Origin: Thermotogota bacterium
Lineage (GTDB): Bacteria; Bipolaricaulota; Bipolaricaulia; UBA7950; UBA9294
Reading direction: 5' to 3'
Length of the DNA stretch: 41,907 nucleotides
NCBI GenBank assembly: GCA_039679545.1
Contig: JBDKUT010000119.1
Coordinates: 1-41,907, forward strand
Shown in pieces: positions 36,083 to 41,907 of the stretch; position 1 is the stretch's first letter; every line of letters starts with the position of its first letter. The notes below the pieces were generated by a model. That model saw only the letters and a program-made list of their open reading frames with translations. It had not been told where the DNA came from and searched no databases. Both the position numbers and the translations under genes were made by a program.

Positions 36083-36819
36083 GGCGGCGGATCGACCTCC
36101 GCCCGGAGCCCGCGAGCCGCGGGCTGGCGCTGGACGAGGCTCTCCTGGAGTCGGTGCGCGGCGGCGGCGAGCCGATCGTTCGTTTCTGGATCGGCGACCG
36201 AGCGGTCGTGATCGGGCGCTCCCAGCGGGTCGAGGACGAGGTCGACCTTGTGGCCGTCGAGCAAGACGGCGTCCCCGTCGTGCGCCGTGCCTCGGGGGGG
36301 GGCGCGGTTGTTCATTACCCCGGCAACCTGAACGTCTCCGTGGTGGTCGTGGGCGACGTTGTCGGAGGAGTCGAAGAAGCGTTTCGGCGCCTCGGCGCGT
36401 GCGTCGCCGGTGCGCTCTGCGAGATGGGAGCTGATGCGTGCGTGGAGGGAAGCGCGGTCGTCGACCCTCTCGGCAAGCTGTCCGGTGCGGCCCAAGCGAG
36501 GCGAGGTCGCGCGGTCCTCTACCACTGTACGCTGCTCCTCGAGTCGGATGCGGTTCCGATGGAACGCTACCTGCGCGCGCTACGCGCAGGATACGCTCCC
36601 ACGCAGGTCTCTTCTCAGCCGAGGCACACGACGACGCTCTCGGAGATCTTGGGTCGTCGAGTCAGCGCACAGGAGGCCACGGCCGCGGTCGGCCGGGCTC
36701 TGTCTCGCCTGCTCGGTGACCTGAATGGCGGAGATGGACTGACGGCGGACGAAGTTGAGCGGGCGGAGGGCCTCCGTCTGGGGCGGTACGAGGATCCAGC
36801 GTGGACCTGGCGAGGGTAA
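36079..36819 (+). CDS. Lipoate-protein ligase family, catalytic domain only (LplA/LipM/LipL-like)
   Basis: ALDEALL, VVIGRSQ, RRASGGGAVVH, KLSGAAQ and YHCTLL; 246 aa with no C-terminal accessory domain. Confidence 0.88.
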   Translation: MRRRIDLRPEPASRGLALDEALLESVRGGGEPIVRFWIGDRAVVIGRSQRVEDEVDLVAVEQDGVPVVRRASGGGAVVHYPGNLNVSVVVVGDVVGGVEEAFRRLGACVAGALCEMGADACVEGSAVVDPLGKLSGAAQARRGRAVLYHCTLLLESDAVPMERYLRALRAGYAPTQVSSQPRHTTTLSEILGRRVSAQEATAAVGRALSRLLGDLNGGDGLTADEVERAEGLRLGRYEDPAWTWRG

Positions 36820-37355
36820 ACGACCTCCTCGTCGTCCGGCGCCAGATCGGTCGTGCTCCACGCGGCGTCGATGGGGTCGTCCGTCGCTGTCGGTTCGATT
36901 GTCCCCAGGCCGTCGTGGTTCACCCCGTAGTCGACGGAGCTCCATTCCCGACGCTCTTCTGGCTGACGTGCCCACACCTGCGGCGCGCGGTGTCGGCGCT
37001 CGAGTCCGCCGGGTGGGTGGCCCGCCTTGAGGACGAGGTGCGGCGAGACGATCAGCTTCGCGCCGACTTCGAGAGGGCCCATCGTGTCTACATCGAGCTT
37101 CGAGCGGCGCGTCTGTCAGCCCAGGACCGGGCGTCTCTGGCGGCACGCGGGATGTTGCGTGGGCTCCTCGATAGGGGGATCGGCGGAGTCGCCGATCTCG
37201 GGTGCGTGAAGTGCCTTCACCTTCACGTCGCTCATGCGCTCGCGGGTGAAAACCCAATTGGGAACCGCGTCCTTGCGAATCTTGGGCCCCTCGAGTGCGA
37301 GGCGAGAAACACGATCTGCTCCGCCCCCTGGGTGAGGGGCGGAGCAGATCTCTAG
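36801..37355 (+). CDS. DUF501 domain protein
   Basis: RQIGRAPRG, PFPTLFWLTCP, GIGG and VKCLHLHVAHAL. Confidence 0.85.
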   Translation: MDLARVNDLLVVRRQIGRAPRGVDGVVRRCRFDCPQAVVVHPVVDGAPFPTLFWLTCPHLRRAVSALESAGWVARLEDEVRRDDQLRADFERAHRVYIELRAARLSAQDRASLAARGMLRGLLDRGIGGVADLGCVKCLHLHVAHALAGENPIGNRVLANLGPLECEARNTICSAPWVRGGADL

Positions 37356-37383
37356 GTCCGCTCTAAGGATGGCGCGTTGCTGG

Positions 37384-39765
37384 CTACGGATCCGCCGTTA
37401 CCGTCGGTGGCGTATTGACGTTGCCGATGTGGAGGACGAGGGTGTCCGTGGCCGTAAGCCCGCAAGGATCGGTCACCACCAGGGTCACCGTGACGTCCAT
37501 GCCCGTGCAGTCCTTGACGACGGGGGCGATGAAGACCGGCGCCCCCGCGCAGAAGCTATCCAGCTTGCCCGCTGAGACGCACCACGCGTAGATGAGCGGG
37601 TCGCCGTCTGGATCGGAGACCGCAGGAATGAGATGCAGCGGCGCTCCCTCCATCAGGCAGATCGGATCTCCTAACTCGACGGTCGGTGCGCCGTTGACGT
37701 TACGCACGTGGACGGTGACCGAGTCCTTCGCTTGGAGTCCGCACGGGTCGGTCACCGTCAGGGTGATGACCAGGGAGCTCCCCGCACAGTCGTCCGTCAT
37801 CGGAGCTGTGAAGGTCGGGGTTGCGTCGTTCGCTCCGACGAGCGCGCCGGACGTCACAGTCCAGCAGTAGGTTAGGTTGTCGCACTCGGGATCGGCGACG
37901 ACGGGGGTCAGGCGAACCGTGGTTCCCTCATCGAGAGCGAAATCGGGACCAAGTTCGACCGATGGGCCCGCGTTTACGTTTCGAACGTGGACGAGAACGG
38001 TGTCGCACGCCGAGGCGCCGCACGGGTCGACCACGCGGACCATGAGCGGGATCTCCACTCCCTGGCAGAAGTCGATTCGCGGAGCCCGGAAGATCGCCTG
38101 GAGAGCGCTCGGATCGTCGAAGCCGCCGACGTTCCCTCCGCTCGTCCAGCTGCAGGTCAGCCGGTCGCCGTCCGGGTCCGCGGCCGTGGCCTGGAGCAGG
38201 ACGACGTCGCCTTCGTCGACCCACACGTCGGCCTTGGCGTCGATCGTCGGCGCGTGGTTGACGTTGTTGACGTGGATCACGAACGAGTCGCTGCCGGACG
38301 CGCCGCAGGAGTCGACCGCCGTCAGGGTGACATTGACGTCGAGGTCCTCACATCCACTGAGCATCGGCGCCGTGTAGACCGGGTTGAGTGAGGTGGGGTC
38401 GCTGAGGGTCCCGTACGACACCACCCACAGCACGGACAGGATGTTGCAGTCGTAGTCGCTGACCGACCCGTGGAGCTGGATGGATTGTCCTTCGTCCACC
38501 GTCTTTGCCGCGCCCGGTGTCTTGCACGGTGCGGCAGGTGGCGAGATCGGGCAAGCCGGCATTGGCGCAGTCGCAGGACATGCTGGGGCGGCAGCGGGCG
38601 CCGGACACGTCGGAGTCGGAACCGATGGGCACGGAGTCCCGCAGCCCACCGGGCAGACCGGGCAGGTGCCCGAGACGACGGTGCCTTCCATCAGAAGATC
38701 GGCGGCGTCGGCGCAGTACAGGGTGTTCTCTCCCGGACCGCCGAGAAGCGTGTCGCTTCCCTCGCCGCCGTCAAGAACGTCGTTGCCGGCTTCCCCTTCG
38801 AGTGAGTCGTTCCCGGGGCCGCCGCAGATCACGTCGTCGTCCGTCCCGCCGAAGAGAAGATCGTCGCCCTCTCCGCCGTCGAGGACGTCCTTGCCGATTC
38901 CTCCCTCGAGGATGTCGTTCCCGGGTCCACCGACGAGCACATCGTTGCCGCCGAGGCCGATGATGAAGTCGTTCCCCGAGAGCCCGAAGATGAGGTCATT
39001 GCCTGGCGTTCCGTAGATGACGTCGTCCTTGTCGGTTCCGTAGATTGCGTTCGTTACGCCGAAGCACGCATAGCTGGCGGGGATGTTCCCAGGAGTCTCC
39101 GCCGCAGGCGTCTCCGTCGCGCCAACAGCTGCGAACAAGGCACTGACGAGCGCGCCGGGGTCATCGACGCTCCAGTAGTTGCCGCAGGTCTCGAGGGCCA
39201 TCGCGCGCAGGTTCTCGCTCGCTTCGGCCTCCATGTCGAGTCCGACGATGTGCAGACAGATCTCCGGAGACATCGTTCCGATCATCTTCGCGACGGCAAG
39301 CTCTTGCCCGCCGCAGTTTCCTTCTCCGTCGCTGATCAGGACGATGGCCCCTCCGTTCCCCCGAGCGGCGAGCGCGTTCGCGGCCGTTGTGAGGGAATCC
39401 GCGAGAGGAGTCTTCCCCTGCGCCGTGATCTGGTTCACCGCCGCCGTCATCTGATTCGCGACGGTGCGGTTGAACGCCGCAATGGGGAACATGAGCTCGA
39501 TGTCCTGGCAACTCTCCACCTGGTTCTGATAGTCGATGCGATGGCCGAACACAAGCATGCCGACGTTTCCTTGTTCCGGCATGGCGGCGAGAATCTCGGC
39601 GAGAGCCGAGCGGGCCGCCTCAACGCGCGTGCCGGCGCCGAACGCCTTGTTCATGCTGTTCGACGCGTCGAGGATCAGGACGAGGTCCTTCGGTGCCGCG
39701 CTGGCAGCGGCTGCCGAGAGCAGCCCGAGAGCAAGCACCGCCAGCAACATCACCTTGATCTTCAT
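37384..39765 (-). CDS. Secreted surface protein: VWA + RTX Ca-binding repeats + Cys/Pro linker + four PKD/Ig-like repeats
   Basis: Sec signal (..LLSAAAASA); MIDAS DASNS...T...SDG; GGxGxDxL nonapeptides; four approximately 93-aa repeats; SD AAGGAGG; TAGAAT at 39803-39808. Confidence 0.9.
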   Translation of the reverse strand: MKIKVMLLAVLALGLLSAAAASAAPKDLVLILDASNSMNKAFGAGTRVEAARSALAEILAAMPEQGNVGMLVFGHRIDYQNQVESCQDIELMFPIAAFNRTVANQMTAAVNQITAQGKTPLADSLTTAANALAARGNGGAIVLISDGEGNCGGQELAVAKMIGTMSPEICLHIVGLDMEAEASENLRAMALETCGNYWSVDDPGALVSALFAAVGATETPAAETPGNIPASYACFGVTNAIYGTDKDDVIYGTPGNDLIFGLSGNDFIIGLGGNDVLVGGPGNDILEGGIGKDVLDGGEGDDLLFGGTDDDVICGGPGNDSLEGEAGNDVLDGGEGSDTLLGGPGENTLYCADAADLLMEGTVVSGTCPVCPVGCGTPCPSVPTPTCPAPAAAPACPATAPMPACPISPPAAPCKTPGAAKTVDEGQSIQLHGSVSDYDCNILSVLWVVSYGTLSDPTSLNPVYTAPMLSGCEDLDVNVTLTAVDSCGASGSDSFVIHVNNVNHAPTIDAKADVWVDEGDVVLLQATAADPDGDRLTCSWTSGGNVGGFDDPSALQAIFRAPRIDFCQGVEIPLMVRVVDPCGASACDTVLVHVRNVNAGPSVELGPDFALDEGTTVRLTPVVADPECDNLTYCWTVTSGALVGANDATPTFTAPMTDDCAGSSLVITLTVTDPCGLQAKDSVTVHVRNVNGAPTVELGDPICLMEGAPLHLIPAVSDPDGDPLIYAWCVSAGKLDSFCAGAPVFIAPVVKDCTGMDVTVTLVVTDPCGLTATDTLVLHIGNVNTPPTVTADP
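37387..38505 (-). repeat. Four tandem Ig/PKD-like domain repeats
   Basis: Each repeat reads EG...DxD/E...W...AP....C...D[PS]CG...D....H..NVN..P. Confidence 0.85.
38716..39039 (-). repeat. 12 tandem 27-bp RTX-type nonapeptide repeats
   Basis: GTDKDDVIY through GGPGENTLY; 324 bp = 12 x 27. Confidence 0.9.
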
Positions 39766-39840
39766 TCGTGCCTCCTTATCAGTGGACCCAACTTCCGTCC
39801 TGATTCTAGCGGATCGACCCGACGGAATCTGTGATCTGGA

Positions 39841-40371
39841 TTACAGTTTCGAGTTCCTGGGAGGCGTGCGATCTTCGAGGACTCCGAGCAGCTCACGCCG
39901 ACGACCGGTCGGGATGAGGGTGTGAAGCTCCGAGTGCTGGACCCGTCCGCATCCGAGAACGAGTCCGTCGTAGGCGATGGCGACGTACGAATCGGGGAGG
40001 TCGACGTCGATTCTTCGGCCGAGCAGGAGAGAACGCAGCGAGTCGAGGTTGACGTCGACTCTCGCGGCGTGGAGACGGTCTCCGAGGCATGCGAGGAACG
40101 TGCTCGTGGGCTTGGGGCCGTCGGGCATCAAGCGTAGGGCGCGGAGTCCCGGGGGACGTCGCGTGTGAACGCGGGACGGCGTGCGTGCGGCGGCCGCCCA
40201 GATCTCGCCGTCCTTCTCCGTAACTTGCAGGGTGCCGAGGTCGTCCTCCGCAACCCCGAAGACTCGACCGTAGAACTCGAGAAGGGTGTCCTGAGGAGAC
40301 GGAGTCCGTCGGGAGTCCTTCGGGGATGTGCGCGATCGGAGCCTGTCAGACGAGCCGTTCGATTCGAGCAA
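39841..40371 (-). CDS. Hypothetical protein, probably corresponding to the C-terminal (pre-PUA/PUA-like) region of RsmF
   Basis: GLRALR...KPTS and YVAIAYDGLVLGCG; directly downstream of the methyltransferase. TTG start after GGAGGAGG is uncertain. Confidence 0.65.
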   Translation of the reverse strand: MLESNGSSDRLRSRTSPKDSRRTPSPQDTLLEFYGRVFGVAEDDLGTLQVTEKDGEIWAAAARTPSRVHTRRPPGLRALRLMPDGPKPTSTFLACLGDRLHAARVDVNLDSLRSLLLGRRIDVDLPDSYVAIAYDGLVLGCGRVQHSELHTLIPTGRRRELLGVLEDRTPPRNSKL

Positions 40372-41254
40372 CGAATCCTCCTCCGCTGTCGAGGTGGTGC
40401 GGGTAGATGCGCACGCAGTCAGATACCTCGCTCGGGTAGGTACGGCCTTCCCACGCCGTGACTCCGGACGCGTGTGAAAAGGAGGCACAGATCGGGAGAA
40501 CACGAGCTCGGCGGCGCTCGAGGAGGTACGCGACGATCGCTTCGTTCTCCTCCGGGGCGAACGTGCAGGTGGAGTACACGAGCCGCCCGCCCACGCGAAG
40601 CAGGTCGAAGGCCCGTAGGATAAGCATCTGCTGGATTCCCGCCAGGCGGCGGATCGCCGACGGCAGGGCCCCGCCCTGAAGAGAGGGCTCCTTGCGAAGG
40701 GTTCCCTCGGCGGAGCACGGCGCGTCGACCAAGACTCGGTCGAACCCGTCGCCGGTTGGGAAGTCCTGGCCTCGGTACTCGGAGATTGCGATGTTCCAGG
40801 CGCCGATCCGGTTCACGTTCGCAAGAAGAGCCTGCTGGCGTCGGCCGTTCGGCTCGTTGGCAATGAGGCAGCCTCGATTCTGCATTCGCGCGGCGATGTC
40901 GGTCGCCTTCCCTCCGGGGGCCGCGCAGAGGTCGAGGACGAGTTCTCCGGGCTGCGGATCGAGGGCAGCGACCGGCACGCTTTGGACAACCTCCTGGAGG
41001 TAGAAGAGTCCGGCCCAGTGCTCGACCGTTGCCCCCACCGGTTTCGTCGCCCGGAAGTACGTCGGCTCCCAGGCGAAGGACTTCAGGGAAATGCCCTTTC
41101 GTTCGAGGCGGTTGCGCAGGTCGTCTGGACAGATCCGCAGCGTATTCGCGCGGAGATCCGTGGGGAGTGGGCGTTCGCAGGCGGCAAGAAACTCGTCCCA
41201 GTCGGGGACGAGGGACCGGTAACGCGCGAGGCCTGCCGGTACGGTTTCCGTCAT
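40346..41254 (-). CDS. RsmB/NOP2/RsmF-family RNA m5C methyltransferase
   Basis: FYLQE, LDLCAAPGGK, VLVDAPCSAEG, YSTCTFAPEENE and GGFVARI; ATGA coupling to the suhB stop. Confidence 0.93.
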   Translation of the reverse strand: MTETVPAGLARYRSLVPDWDEFLAACERPLPTDLRANTLRICPDDLRNRLERKGISLKSFAWEPTYFRATKPVGATVEHWAGLFYLQEVVQSVPVAALDPQPGELVLDLCAAPGGKATDIAARMQNRGCLIANEPNGRRQQALLANVNRIGAWNIAISEYRGQDFPTGDGFDRVLVDAPCSAEGTLRKEPSLQGGALPSAIRRLAGIQQMLILRAFDLLRVGGRLVYSTCTFAPEENEAIVAYLLERRRARVLPICASFSHASGVTAWEGRTYPSEVSDCVRIYPHHLDSGGGFVARIERLV

Positions 41255-41907
41255 GGCGTTGCACGCGGCGGTCGAACGATCGCCAGCATCGGCGGGTGCA
41301 GGAGGCCGTTCGATGCGAGAATGCCTGCCTCCGGGTCGACGAGCGGGTGCCCGTCGAGGGCGGTCACGGCTCCGCCCGCCTCCGTCACGAGAAGGCGGCC
41401 CGCCGTAACGTCCCACTCGTGGAGCGATTGGTACCAGACCGCGTCGAAACGACCCGCGGCGACGTACGCGAGGTCGAGAACCGCGGAGCCGAACAGGCGT
41501 AGCGACCGCACGTGGGGAGTGAAGGAGGGAAGTTGCGCAAGCGTGGGTGCTCGGCGCTCGGGGACCGTCGCGAACCCGACGCCGATCACAGCGCCGTCGA
41601 GCGCCGTGAGGCGACTCACCTCGATCCGGCGATCGTTCACGAAGGCGCCGTGCCCGCGAAGCGCGGTGTATAGCTCGTCGCGGCAAGGGTCGTAGATGCA
41701 GGCGAGCGCGGGACCTCGATCGTCGACGAGCCCGATCGATGTGGCGAAATGGGGCACTCCGCGGAGCAGGTTGTTGGTTCCGTCCAGGGGATCGATGATC
41801 CACCGGTACGCCGAGGGCCCCGGACGGTTCGTTCCCTCTTCGGTGATGACGCCCCACGTGGGGAAAGCCGCCCCCAGGGCTTCGACAAGGATCCGCTCTG
41901 CCTCGCG
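41251..41907 (-). CDS. suhB: Inositol monophosphatase family protein; 5'-truncated by window
   Basis: The frame is open to the window edge: ITEE, WIIDPLDGTNN, RLFGSAVLDLAYVAAG and WDVTAG. Confidence 0.9.
   Translation of the reverse strand, partial: REAERILVEALGAAFPTWGVITEEGTNRPGPSAYRWIIDPLDGTNNLLRGVPHFATSIGLVDDRGPALACIYDPCRDELYTALRGHGAFVNDRRIEVSRLTALDGAVIGVGFATVPERRAPTLAQLPSFTPHVRSLRLFGSAVLDLAYVAAGRFDAVWYQSLHEWDVTAGRLLVTEAGGAVTALDGHPLVDPEAGILASNGLLHPPMLAIVRPPRATP

Noticed and set aside
38716..39039. 27-bp periodic repeat as a CRISPR array or RTX toxin
   Set aside because: These are degenerate in-frame coding repeats with no spacers or cas genes, and there is no toxin domain or type I secretion gene.
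870..41857. Many long antisense or alternate-frame ORFs (e.g. 870-2009, 10513-11988, 13497-15245, 18064-19755, 21702-22955, 30422-31894, 31972-33444)
   Set aside because: They shadow well-supported genes, have no motifs, and are expected from high-GC codon bias.

Overview
A GC-rich, gene-dense bacterial chromosomal segment with about 44 CDSs, many translationally coupled. I found no tRNA, rRNA, CRISPR array, integrase or transposase. The gene content fits an anaerobic peptide/amino-acid fermenter; Bipolaricaulota/Acetothermia-like is a guess from gene style, not something the sequence proves. Main blocks, left to right: (1) kbl, ridA and a dipeptidase, converging on a tandem double P-loop kinase-like protein; (2) topA and an RpoD-type sigma factor; (3) a divergent molybdenum-hydroxylase/purine-catabolism-type cluster, with ssnA, ygfK, a thrC-like gene, 2Fe-2S, mocA and FAD subunit leftward, and FAD, 2Fe-2S, Mo subunit and Fe-S flavoprotein rightward, around a structured 680-bp spacer; (4) M32 carboxypeptidase, TlpA, a PspC/DUF5668 envelope-stress operon, DEDDh exonuclease, Eis-like GNAT, SDR and a HEAT-repeat protein; (5) tnaA plus an EamA transporter with a long candidate attenuator leader; (6) ychF and tsaC, divergent from an operon of a free-standing lipoyl domain, lipB, lipA, a short LplA-family gene and DUF501; (7) a secreted VWA/RTX/Cys-rich/Ig-repeat surface protein; (8) suhB, an RsmB/F-type methyltransferase and a PUA-like gene. 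The best novelty candidates are the lipoyl-relay operon, the ThrC-like enzyme inside the ygfK-ssnA operon, the possible donor-strand adhesin, the tnaA leader and the double P-loop protein. All assignments come from recognising motifs by eye; no searches were run.
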